A stretch of DNA of 64,000 nucleotides. It comes from an uncultured Nitrosopumilales archaeon (GTDB lineage: Archaea > Thermoproteota > Nitrososphaeria > Nitrososphaerales > UBA213). The position numbers and the translations under genes are program-made. A model generated the notes under the pieces. The model ran no database searches, had not been told where the DNA came from, and was given only the letters and a program-made list of their open reading frames with translations. The stretch's first letter is position 1, and every line of letters starts with the position of its first letter. The stretch spans positions 6,530-70,529 of the forward strand of contig CAYJSN010000007.1 in NCBI GenBank assembly GCA_964373125.1. Direction: 5' to 3'. Positions 1 through 8,585 of the stretch are shown in pieces.

Positions 1-410
1 ACATCATCATATTTATCTTTCAGATGAGATTTAGCCCTATCCCAACCATGCAATTCCTCAAGTGGAAAGAATTTGTCTGGATCTGATTTTATGGATCTTT
101 TTTCTGTGTTTATGTATGAATTGACGTTATTTGGTATCATTAATACGAGAGTTTTATCTGATTGAAAAACCGCTTGTACATATTCTGTTCTCTCAAGCGT
201 TGTAATTATTACTTGTTTGTGGCTTTCTTTCTTCTTTTCTTTATTAGAGTCAGGTGTGAGAGACCAGATTATCGAATTGATGATACCCGCAACGATTCCG
301 CCCATAATGGATGCTACTAATGCCGTAGGTTCATGTATTGTAAGCCAAACAAGAAAACCGGCGATTCCTAAACAGATTGATATACCCACGCCTTTTGTTT
401 GCTTTTCCAA
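1..410 (-). CDS. Hypothetical membrane protein, partial (C-terminus runs off the window start)
   Basis: My own minus-strand translation from TTG 410 (or GTG 389) gives MEKQTKGVGISICLGIAGFLVWLTIHEPTALVASIMGGIVAGIINSIIWSL (two hydrophobic helices), then KEKKKESHKQ... It stays open to position 1. It is absent from the ORF track because it is truncated. The listed +217..414 ORF is its antisense shadow. AT-rich region. Confidence 0.4.
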   Translation of the reverse strand, partial: MEKQTKGVGISICLGIAGFLVWLTIHEPTALVASIMGGIVAGIINSIIWSLTPDSNKEKKKESHKQVIITTLERTEYVQAVFQSDKTLVLMIPNNVNSYINTEKRSIKSDPDKFFPLEELHGWDRAKSHLKDKYDD

Positions 411-641
411 CTAATCGCATAACTACATCACTATCAAATAAGCGTTAGATGGCTAGAACAAATCGTCTTGGTTTATGATGTGCTTGTTAACTTACTCGCG
501 TTCTGTATTAGGGTGAGCCACTTATTCTTACCTTCTACCCTTATTCCGCACAAGTCTGCCGGTGTCCTACCTCGTAATTTCTGGTCAGAGGTCTGACCAA
601 GTAAGAATTGGTCTTAAATGGCTGATGATGCTTGTGGATAA

Positions 642-1796
642 TCAACTTAAGATCGATATTATCTCATGTGCCACGAACATTCTTCCTCGCCGTGTATCAT
701 TCTGTTCAATCAAAATTCCCATTTCTTTCAAAGATTCTAAAGCGTTCTTGGCTGGCGGATATGTTATTTGAAGATAATCCGCCGCCCTTGGTATGGTAAT
801 TATTGGATTTGAGAATAGGTAATCTACAAGCCTTGTTGCACTACCAGATGCTTTCTTAGAGATTAGTTTTTTCTCATACGTATCTTTCAAAGCCACAAGT
901 CGTTGTATGTTGTTTATTGCATCATTTGCTTGAGTTATTACTCCGTACAAGAAGAATCTTATCCACTCTATCCACGCATTTTTCTGACTAATATTAAGCA
1001 ACAGCGAATAGTATTCTCCTTTGTTGCGTTCTATGAATACACTAAGATACAGTAGGGGGTGGTCAAGCAGTTTCCTCTGGGCAAGCAAAACTGGAATTAA
1101 CAAGCGCCCGATCCTTCCATTACCATCACTAAAAGGATGTATGGCCTCAAACTGATAGTGAATCATCGCGCATTGGAGCAATATCGGTATTCGTCCGGGC
1201 GGATTCTGAATAAACTGCTCAAGACCAACCATGAGTTCATTTACGTATTCCGATGGTGGAGGCACATATGTGGCATCCTCAATCTTAGTGCCTTCTGTCC
1301 CTATCCAATTCTGTATTGTCCGAAACTCGCCAGGTTGTAATTCCTGTCCTCTGACACTCCGCATCAATATTTTATGTGCGTTCTTGATCATCTGTAGGTC
1401 TATCTGTGCGCCCTTTCTTACATCAAATAAGCATTTGTCTAACGCGTTGATGTAGTTTACTACTTCGATTATTCTTTTCTCTTCTTGTTCCTTTCCTCCA
1501 ACCATGCCTCCGGCCTCATAACGAAAGACATCTAGAATTGATGCCTGTGTGCCTTCTATCTTGGAACTCAGCACGGCCTCGCGCTTTAAATAGGGGCTAA
1601 TTAGTAGATGGGGGTTGGGCATCAGTTTACCTATGCCAGATAAGTTACCAAGTTGTACGCTGGCCTCTGAGATCAAGGCAGTTAAACTTTCGTCATAGTT
1701 AATTGTGGGTGGCAGGTTGTTTGGTATAAATGTGAGATGACCGTCTTTGTTTTTTGTCAGTCGGCCAAAAGGTTTTGCAAATTGTAGTTGCTCCAT
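642..1796 (-). CDS. fic: Fic/DOC family protein (class II: internal inhibitory helix)
   Basis: 384-aa ORF with the canonical Fic motif HPFSDGNGRIGR (HxFx[DE]GNGRxxR). Upstream SSKIEG fits the [ST]xxxE[GN] auto-inhibition motif. The gene is visibly AT-rich compared with the core of the window. Confidence 0.9.
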   Translation of the reverse strand: MEQLQFAKPFGRLTKNKDGHLTFIPNNLPPTINYDESLTALISEASVQLGNLSGIGKLMPNPHLLISPYLKREAVLSSKIEGTQASILDVFRYEAGGMVGGKEQEEKRIIEVVNYINALDKCLFDVRKGAQIDLQMIKNAHKILMRSVRGQELQPGEFRTIQNWIGTEGTKIEDATYVPPPSEYVNELMVGLEQFIQNPPGRIPILLQCAMIHYQFEAIHPFSDGNGRIGRLLIPVLLAQRKLLDHPLLYLSVFIERNKGEYYSLLLNISQKNAWIEWIRFFLYGVITQANDAINNIQRLVALKDTYEKKLISKKASGSATRLVDYLFSNPIITIPRAADYLQITYPPAKNALESLKEMGILIEQNDTRRGRMFVAHEIISILS

Positions 1797-1848
1797 CCTC
1801 TCACTCCCTAATATAGTAAGCAGTAGGCTGCGTTACATTAGTATGGGA

Positions 1849-1897
1849 TAGTATAACAAACACGTTTGGTATTATACTAAAATGCATTTTAGTATAA
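1849..1897. promoter_or_regulatory. Palindrome/repeat cluster upstream of fic (candidate operator plus TATA-like elements)
   Basis: TAGTATAA at 1849-1856 and 1890-1897, with its inverted copy TTATACTA at 1872-1879. Near-palindrome CAAACACGTTTG at 1857-1868. Perfect 12-nt palindrome AAAATGCATTTT at 1879-1890. The cluster lies 53-100 nt upstream of the fic ATG (1796, minus strand). Confidence 0.45.
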
Positions 1898-2178
1898 AAT
1901 GAATATAAGTTAGTTAAATACCTTGCTATTACTGGCTCTGTTAACTTCTCGGGTGATAGCGGTAGCGTCTGCCGCAATCCATGTTCGAGAGTTGTTATTC
2001 CGACCATTCCAATATGCAATTCCTTGAGGCCGTACTGGCGCGTTCATACCGATTATCAGGTTTATTGCACGCGAACGATGAATCCTGCAGGGTATTTGAA
2101 TACCCCCTATTACTTGCCCAAGCGCGGGCGTGCATACAAGCGACCAATCCTAATTAACCCCTCAGCCGAACTCTGGGC

Positions 2179-2679
2179 ATGGACAGGCACATCATCATCG
2201 CGATCTCGCTCGCGGTTGCCGCCGGAGTGGTTTCATGGGCGGTCATAGGCTATGTCACCCCCCAGCCAAGCACCCTACAGAGCGAGGGGCAGCAGTTCGA
2301 CTACGAGATCAGGACCGTAGAGATCGGCGACACCATCCTGGACGTGGAGATAGCCGACGACAACGACAAGATCACGCAGGGGCTGATGTTCAGGGACCCG
2401 CTACAGCCGAACCGTGGCATGCTCTTCGTCTTCAACGATACAAGGCAGTGGCAGTTCTGGACCATGAACATGAAGTTCAGCATCGACATGGTGTGGCTCG
2501 ACGCGGATGGTAAGGTAGTTTACATCGTGGAAAACGCTGAACCATGCATAGACGCAGCACATGCATCGTCCTGCACCTTCAGCCCTGACGAGCCGGCCAG
2601 TTATGTATTAGAAGTTAATGCCGGGTTCGTCCAGGAGCACAATATAACCGAAGGTTCCGTGATGCGCTTCCTTACCTGA
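2179..2679 (+). CDS. DUF192-family protein with N-terminal membrane anchor/signal
   Basis: 166 aa. N-terminal hydrophobic IIIAISLAVAAGVVSWAVIGYV. Core GLMFRDPL...RGMLFVF...WQFWTMNMKFSIDMVWLD matches the pattern I recall for DUF192. Confidence 0.7.
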   Translation: MDRHIIIAISLAVAAGVVSWAVIGYVTPQPSTLQSEGQQFDYEIRTVEIGDTILDVEIADDNDKITQGLMFRDPLQPNRGMLFVFNDTRQWQFWTMNMKFSIDMVWLDADGKVVYIVENAEPCIDAAHASSCTFSPDEPASYVLEVNAGFVQEHNITEGSVMRFLT

Positions 2680-4636
2680 CTGCCTTGCGCAGCTCTTCAT
2701 AGGCAGCCCTGACCTCCTCGACGGCAGCGCCGTCCTCCAGCGTGCTGATGTCGCCGATCTGGGAGTCGCTCACTATCGCCTTCAGGAGCCTGCGCATTAT
2801 CTTGCCGCTCCTGGTCTTCGGGAGCCGATCCACGAAGTATACCTCCTCGGGCGTCGCTATCGGGCCCACGACCCTCCGTATGTGCGCGACTATGTCCTTC
2901 TTCAGGTCCTCCCTCGGGCTGAACCCGGCCCTGGTTACTAGAAATGCCACTATCGCCTCGCCTTTCACCTCATGCGGCTTGCCGCTCACCGCGGCCTCGG
3001 CGACAGCCCGGTGGGCCACAAAGGCGCTCTCGAGCTCCATCGTCCCCAGCCTGTGCCCGGCCACCTTGAGTACATCATCAGCCCTCCCGAGCAGCCAGTA
3101 ATATCCTTCCTCGTCCACCATGCAGTAATCACCAGCGTAGTAGATGCCCGGGAACCTGGACCAGTAGACCTGTTCGTACTTGGCGTCATCGTTCCATATT
3201 GTCAGGAGCATGCCCGGCCAGGGCCTCTTTATCACCAGCAGGCCCTTCGTGTTCGGCGGGACCTCCCTGCCATGCTCGTCGACTACAGCAGCGTCGATGC
3301 CTGGAACAGGAAACGTGGCCGAGCCGGGCTTGAGCGGGATGAGCTCTATGTCGGGCACCGGGCTTATCAGCGCAGCCCCTGTCTCCGTCTGCCACCACGT
3401 ATCTACTATGGGACAGCGTTCCTTCCCTATCACCCTGTGGTACCAGAGCCAGACCTCCGGGTTGATCGGCTCACCAACAGTTCCGAGTAACCTGAGCGAG
3501 TCCAGGTTGTGCGACCTTGGGTAATCATCACCGAAGCGCATGAACATCCTGAGCGCAGTTGGTGTAGTATAGAACGTGGTAACCTTGTAGCGCTCGATGA
3601 TCTCCCACCACCTGTCGGGCTTGGGATAATCGGGCGCGCCCTCGTACATCACCACCGTGGCGCCGTGCATCAGCGGCCCGTATGCAACATAGGTATGGCC
3701 GGTCACCCAGCCAATGTCGGCGGTGCACCAGTAGACATCGTCGGGCCTCGGGTCAAAGATCCACTTTGTGGTCGAGTAAACATAGGTCAGGAAGCCACCG
3801 GTACCGTGCACTATGCCCTTCGGTTTTCCTGTCGTGCCGGAGGTGTAGAGCATGAAGAGCGGGTGGTTGCTCTCAAGCCTCTCGGGCTCGCAGTAATCAT
3901 CTGCCGTCTTGAGCAGGTCGTCCCACCCGATATCGCCGGGCTTCATGCTGACGTCGATGTCTGCACGGTTCATCACCACGACGTGCTCGACGCTCTTGCA
4001 TGATTGGAGAGCGTCGTCGACGATCTCCTTCAGCTTAACGACCTTGCCGCGCCTGTACCCGCCGTCTGCCGTTATCACTACCCTGGACTGGGAATCGTTC
4101 ACACGCTCTGCTATGGCCTGGGAGCTGAAGCCCGAGAAGATCACCGAGTGGGCGGCACCCAGCCTGGCACAGGCAAGCATCGCAATTGGAAGCTCGGGAA
4201 CCATCGGAAGGTAGAGCGTGACCCTGTCACCATTTTTGATGCCGAGCTTCCTCAGCCCGCTGGCCAGTTTATTGACATCCCTGTGGAGGCCGGCATAGGT
4301 CATGGTCCTGCGCTCGCCGTTCTCCCCCTCCCAGATTATCGCAGCCTTATCCTTGGTGCTAGACTGCATGTGCCTGTCAACAACGTTATGGGAGGCGTTT
4401 ATCAGGCCGCCGGTGAACCACCGTGCGAAGGGAGGGTTCCAGTCCAGCACGCGATCCCACTTTCTGAACCAGAGGAGTGAATCAGCCTGCTCGGCCCAGA
4501 ATGTTTCAATATCACGCAGGGCCCCGGCCCTAAACTCTCTGAGCCTGCTCCCATCGCCCGTGCCCGCGAACCTCACCTTGGTTCTTGCGCTCTCCTCGTA
4601 AAGCTTGACCGGCCTTGATTCCGAATCTGGCGACAT
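2672..4636 (-). CDS. acs: Acetyl-CoA synthetase (AMP-forming)
   Basis: 654 aa. AMP-binding signature YTSGTTGKPKG. Typical Acs blocks (WWQTETG, DVLKVAGHRLGT, LPKTRSGKIMRRLL). Confidence 0.9.
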   Translation of the reverse strand: MSPDSESRPVKLYEESARTKVRFAGTGDGSRLREFRAGALRDIETFWAEQADSLLWFRKWDRVLDWNPPFARWFTGGLINASHNVVDRHMQSSTKDKAAIIWEGENGERRTMTYAGLHRDVNKLASGLRKLGIKNGDRVTLYLPMVPELPIAMLACARLGAAHSVIFSGFSSQAIAERVNDSQSRVVITADGGYRRGKVVKLKEIVDDALQSCKSVEHVVVMNRADIDVSMKPGDIGWDDLLKTADDYCEPERLESNHPLFMLYTSGTTGKPKGIVHGTGGFLTYVYSTTKWIFDPRPDDVYWCTADIGWVTGHTYVAYGPLMHGATVVMYEGAPDYPKPDRWWEIIERYKVTTFYTTPTALRMFMRFGDDYPRSHNLDSLRLLGTVGEPINPEVWLWYHRVIGKERCPIVDTWWQTETGAALISPVPDIELIPLKPGSATFPVPGIDAAVVDEHGREVPPNTKGLLVIKRPWPGMLLTIWNDDAKYEQVYWSRFPGIYYAGDYCMVDEEGYYWLLGRADDVLKVAGHRLGTMELESAFVAHRAVAEAAVSGKPHEVKGEAIVAFLVTRAGFSPREDLKKDIVAHIRRVVGPIATPEEVYFVDRLPKTRSGKIMRRLLKAIVSDSQIGDISTLEDGAAVEEVRAAYEELRKAVR

Positions 4637-4738
4637 CGGTATATGGGAATGGCGCCAGCAATAAAAAATTTACCGCCTAGCGCCCATCTTTCAGTCTGGC
4701 AACCAAATTCTTAAATTCGGACTGCCTCAATTGATGGT

Positions 4739-6379
4739 ATGGGTTCTCAGGGGGACGAATTCACCGAGGAGGAGAAGGAGATCCTCAGGCAGCACTTCTC
4801 TAACGTCGATAAACCTGTTTTTGTCATAAACACGCCCAGGCAGGTCGACCGCGGGGCGCTGATGTCCAGGTACAGCCGCTCGACCAAGAGCATGCGGCGG
4901 ATCTTCCTGGACGAGTTCCTCAGGAACCCGAACCGCGGGGAGGAGTTCTACAACAAGGTGCTGCTCGAGTACGGCGACGACTCGGTCGCCGAGCTCGGAC
5001 AGGTGCAGGTGGCGATCGAGGACATATCCAATATTGCTGTGCAGAAGATCGAGGACAGGAGGATCGGACTCTCCTACCTTGAAAAATCATCCAGGTATGT
5101 CACGTTCGACCAGAAGATCAGCGGCAGGTACAGGTACCACCGCGAGAAGACGATCATGGAGTCCAGATATGCTGACATGTACATCGAGGCCTGCGACCTG
5201 GATTTCGATACTTATCACAAGCACCTCGAGCCGATGATGAATTACCTTGGCGAGCGGGAGCCCATCGAGTCCCTCGGCTTCAGGGAGAGCGAGTCGGGTA
5301 CGGACGTGCCGTTCGGCAGGCTGAGGAGCGAGCCGGACATCGAGTCCGCAAGACGGATATACAAGGCCACGATCAGGGCAAAGGCGCTCGATATACTGCG
5401 CTCGCTGCTGCCGGCCTCCACGCTCACCAACGTCGGGATAGCCGGGAACGGCAGGGCCTTCGAGTACCTGCTCTCCATACTGTACGGCTCGAAGCTCGAA
5501 GAAGAGCGGAGGGTCGCTGAAATGTTACACGCCGAGCTCAACCAGGTGATGCCGTCCTTCGTGAGGCGCGCGGACGACAGGTACGGCAGAGCCCTGCAGG
5601 AATACCTCGCTGAGACGCAGGAAGATATTAGGAAGATTGCAACGGGTCATCTGGCCAGTCTTCCTCCGGGCTATAGGCAGCACGTCGCACTGGTGGACTG
5701 GACCGGCAACAAAAAGGCGGAGGCCGACGTGGTAGCGGCCATACTCTACGAGCACGCAGGGGGACAGTCGCTCGAGCAGATAAGGAAGGTTGCCGGCTCG
5801 ATGCCGGAAGAGGAGCGGAGGCGCATAATCGATGCCTACACAGCCCACAGGACGAACAGGCGACACAGGCCGGGCAGGGCCTTCGAGGTTGCAGAATATA
5901 CGTTCGAACTGCTGACAAACTTCGGCATCTTCAGGGACCTGCACAGGCACAGGGTCCTGACCGTTGAGCGGCAGTTCCTTACCACGAAGCACGGGTACGA
6001 CACCCCGGCCGAGGTCGTGGAGCTCGGCATGAAGCAGGACTTTGACGACTGCATGTACAGGACGAAAACTGTCTATGAAGCAATGTCAAAAGACATTCCG
6101 CTGCAGGCCCAGTACGTGATCAACTTTGCGTACCGGTATCCCTGCTTCATCAGAATGAACCTCAGGGAGGCGTGCCATCTCATCGAGCTCCGTTCGACGC
6201 CGCAGGGGCACCCCGACTACAGAGTGGTGGCACAGGAGATGTACAGGTCGATAGAGCGTGTCCACCCGAACCTGGCAAGAGGGATCAGGTTTGTGGACAT
6301 GAAGGACTACTCGCTCGAGCGGCTGGACGCCGAGAAGAGGAAGGAGGCAAAGCTGCGCGAGGGCGAGGCAAAGCGCTGA
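4739..6379 (+). CDS. ThyX-like (flavin-dependent thymidylate synthase family) protein, unusually long form
   Basis: 546 aa. C-terminal half has [15 protein letters not shown], resembling the ThyX RHRxxS motif. N-terminal half has a degenerate MSRYSRS segment. This is about twice the usual ThyX length. Confidence 0.5.
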   Translation: MGSQGDEFTEEEKEILRQHFSNVDKPVFVINTPRQVDRGALMSRYSRSTKSMRRIFLDEFLRNPNRGEEFYNKVLLEYGDDSVAELGQVQVAIEDISNIAVQKIEDRRIGLSYLEKSSRYVTFDQKISGRYRYHREKTIMESRYADMYIEACDLDFDTYHKHLEPMMNYLGEREPIESLGFRESESGTDVPFGRLRSEPDIESARRIYKATIRAKALDILRSLLPASTLTNVGIAGNGRAFEYLLSILYGSKLEEERRVAEMLHAELNQVMPSFVRRADDRYGRALQEYLAETQEDIRKIATGHLASLPPGYRQHVALVDWTGNKKAEADVVAAILYEHAGGQSLEQIRKVAGSMPEEERRRIIDAYTAHRTNRRHRPGRAFEVAEYTFELLTNFGIFRDLHRHRVLTVERQFLTTKHGYDTPAEVVELGMKQDFDDCMYRTKTVYEAMSKDIPLQAQYVINFAYRYPCFIRMNLREACHLIELRSTPQGHPDYRVVAQEMYRSIERVHPNLARGIRFVDMKDYSLERLDAEKRKEAKLREGEAKR

Positions 6380-6422
6380 CCCATTTTCGGTGGTTTGCAG
6401 CCGTGTTTTCATAACCCGATGA

Positions 6423-7469
6423 TCAGCTGAACCAGTGCTCAAGCGTCTGGCTCCTGGTCTCGCTGGCCTTCTTCAGCCTGTTGAGTGCAGCACCAACGCG
6501 GTCAACGGAGAAGTTGCGCTCCTTGCAGAGGAATTGGATCAGACCATCCCTGTCGGGCTCGCCAAAGTCCAGCTTGCCCACGCTGGCAACATCAGGCTTC
6601 AGGAATATCTCGCGTATCTTTACATGGTCTATCTCACCCAAGCTGTCCTTGATCTCAGGTATATCCTCGAGCCGCCCGTGCTCCTTGACCATCTTCAGCG
6701 CCTTCTTGGGGCCTATGCCCCTGAAGCCGTCCGGGTTGAAGTCCGTGCCGATTAGGATGCCGATGTCAACTAACTGGTCTCTGGATATGCCCAGGTCGCC
6801 CAGCATCCTCTCGAGCTCTATGATCTCGGGCTCCACGTCGATGTACACCTGCTTCCTAGGGAGCTTCCTCCTCCCGCTCACGGTGAGGTTCCTTATCAGC
6901 CGCTTCGCGCCGAAGAGCAGCGAGTCAAAGTCTTGGCTGGCCGACGCATAGGTTGTGCCGGTTATGGTGAGGTTCGCCGCCGTTGCCTCGCCCTCCGAAG
7001 GCGCATCTATGTGCGGTATGCCCAGCAGCCCGAGCAGCCGCTGCGAATCCTCGACCATGTAGTCCTTGATGACGGACGTGAACTGAGCGTACTTCCTCGC
7101 CTCCTCCATCTTCCCTTCCTGGAGCGCCTGTGCGTACTTCACTATGGCCTCCTGCTTGGCCTTCCTCCTCCGCTCGATCTCCGCGTACTTCAATGAGGGG
7201 GGCCGGCCGTCGAAGACGTAGGTCGGCTTGATGCCCATCTCCAGCAGGTTGATGTTCCTGTAGAAGAGCCCGCTCAGGTGGCTGGTCACCCTTCCGGCAC
7301 TGTCCATCAGGTGCTCGCCCTGCTGCCCCCTGATGATCGCCAAGAATTGATAGATGGCGTTGTATGCGTCCACGGCCACGGTTCTGCCGGAGAGCCCCTC
7401 GAGCTTTATCTGGATCGACTGCACGAGCGGCTTTAGATCAAGACCCATGGTGGATGACGAGGCAAACAA
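6423..7469 (-). CDS. fen: Flap endonuclease 1
   Basis: 348 aa. N-terminal MGLDLKPLV, then [12 protein letters not shown] and [14 protein letters not shown]3TH region LIGTDFNP. Typical archaeal FEN1/XPG layout. Confidence 0.92.
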   Translation of the reverse strand: MFASSSTMGLDLKPLVQSIQIKLEGLSGRTVAVDAYNAIYQFLAIIRGQQGEHLMDSAGRVTSHLSGLFYRNINLLEMGIKPTYVFDGRPPSLKYAEIERRRKAKQEAIVKYAQALQEGKMEEARKYAQFTSVIKDYMVEDSQRLLGLLGIPHIDAPSEGEATAANLTITGTTYASASQDFDSLLFGAKRLIRNLTVSGRRKLPRKQVYIDVEPEIIELERMLGDLGISRDQLVDIGILIGTDFNPDGFRGIGPKKALKMVKEHGRLEDIPEIKDSLGEIDHVKIREIFLKPDVASVGKLDFGEPDRDGLIQFLCKERNFSVDRVGAALNRLKKASETRSQTLEHWFS

Positions 7470-7552
7470 GGATTTACGCCTTTCTCAGGCGTCCCTGATT
7501 TTTCTTTGGGTGCATCTAAAGGGTTATATCTCTAACAGACAAATTTCGCGTT

Positions 7553-7677
7553 GCCGGGGTCGGATAGCTTGGTAGTCCGTCAGCCTCGAGATCTTAAAAA
7601 AGGGCGATGAAACGAGAGCTCGGACATGAAAGCTGATGTCCCTTCGGGACGCGAGGGTTCAAATCCCTCCCCCGGCG
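7553..7677 (+). tRNA. tRNA-Ser (anticodon CGA) with a 40-nt intron after position 37
   Basis: Acceptor GCCGGGG/CCCCGGC with discriminator G. T-arm GAGGG-TTCAAAT-CCCTC. Anticodon stem TCAGC(7580-7584)/GCTGA(7632-7636), loop CT-CGA-G...A. Long variable arm TGTCCCTTCGGGACGC (class II). Intron 7591-7630. TATA-like GGTTATATC about 25 nt upstream. Confidence 0.8.
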
Positions 7678-7682
7678 TTTTT
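7678..7682 (+). terminator. Oligo-T stretch immediately after the tRNA
   Basis: TTTTT directly follows the discriminator base. Archaeal RNA polymerase terminates at oligo-T tracts. Confidence 0.5.
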
Positions 7683-7777
7683 CCCGGCGAGATTTGCGAT
7701 TTATTTGCTGGCGTTGGCGTGCGAGCAGAACTTGTTCTGGGCAAAAGTTTTAAACGAGTAAGGACAATTATCCAAAG

Positions 7778-8053
7778 ATGCGAAACCCGTACGCGAAGAT
7801 GTTTGTCTGGATGATCGCCACCGCGGCGATCAGCTACGTCCTCACATATTACTTCGGGCTGCTCATCGGCCTTGCGCTTGCCTTCGGGGTCTTCATCCTG
7901 CTGAACATAATGGTGAGGCGGAGGGCTATAGGTTCTGGCTTTGGGAGCTCCTTTAGCATGGGTGTTACCTACCGCTGCATAGTTTGCGGCCACCGGTTCA
8001 AGGGCGGCGAGTGCCCCAGGTGCGGCTCCAAGATGAGAAGCGCCGAGTTTTAA
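7778..8053 (+). CDS. Small membrane protein with C-terminal zinc ribbon (paralog A)
   Basis: 91 aa. Two hydrophobic helices, an RRR stop-transfer, then YRCIVCGHRFKGGECPRCGSKMRSAEF (CxxC...CxxC). Clear paralog of 10502..10768. Confidence 0.65.
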   Translation: MRNPYAKMFVWMIATAAISYVLTYYFGLLIGLALAFGVFILLNIMVRRRAIGSGFGSSFSMGVTYRCIVCGHRFKGGECPRCGSKMRSAEF

Positions 8054-8067
8054 GCGTGTTGTGATTG

Positions 8068-8379
8068 TCAGTCCTGCTTTAAGGGATATTCTTTTCGGAG
8101 CTTCTTGTACAGGTCGTCTCCGCATATCCAAGGAAAGTCGGGAATACCCTCGACCTTGATTTTGCCGTCTATAACTGTCGTTGGAACAGCTTTTACACCG
8201 TATTCCTTCATCTTTACCTTAATTTCTTCAGTCATGTTGTTAACATCGTAGATTATCTGGTTGCAGCTATGGCACTTCCCGATCTCGATTACCTCAATAA
8301 CATGCATGCAGAGTGGACAGTTAGCCGAGAAGATCTCGATTGTGTGGTGCTCCCTCATATCATTAAGATTACGCATCAA
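8068..8379 (-). CDS. Thioredoxin-fold protein (glutaredoxin-like / Thioredoxin_3-like)
   Basis: 103 aa. CPLC redox motif near the N-terminus, a second CHSC, and YGVKAVPTTVIDGKIKVEG typical of small thioredoxin-fold proteins. Noticeably lower GC than its neighbours. Confidence 0.65.
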   Translation of the reverse strand: MMRNLNDMREHHTIEIFSANCPLCMHVIEVIEIGKCHSCNQIIYDVNNMTEEIKVKMKEYGVKAVPTTVIDGKIKVEGIPDFPWICGDDLYKKLRKEYPLKQD

Positions 8380-8585
8380 GGATTTAAATGAGGTACACTG
8401 CCAAACGGTTCTGGGTGCCTAAACACGGGTCTGCATGCAGTTGTCGATGCGCTGGTACTTGACCGCCTCTTGAATTATCGCCAGTCCAACCTGCTCACCC
8501 ATCTTTGCCAGCTTCGACACATCCGTGGCGTCGCATAAAGATCTAACCCAAGATTTTATAGTAGCGGCGATGCGTCACTGATTCG

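Noticed and set aside
217-414. Plus-strand 65-aa ORF in the left island.
   Set aside because: It is the antisense shadow of a longer minus-strand frame that has two clean TM helices and remains open to the window edge.
1801-2019. 72-aa minus-strand ORF immediately upstream of fic, considered as a possible Fic antitoxin.
   Set aside because: Its 3' half is made of the palindrome/TATA-like array (it translates as SFYTKMHFSIIPNVFVILSH). The Fic protein carries its own SxxxEG inhibitory helix, so no separate antitoxin is required. The first ~35 codons cannot be excluded as a small gene, but nothing supports it.
7580-8131. 183-aa minus-strand ORF spanning the tRNA-Ser gene and the Zn-ribbon membrane protein gene.
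   Set aside because: It overlaps a well-supported tRNA and a plus-strand gene that has a conserved paralog. Its translation is low-complexity (A/P/R/G-rich).
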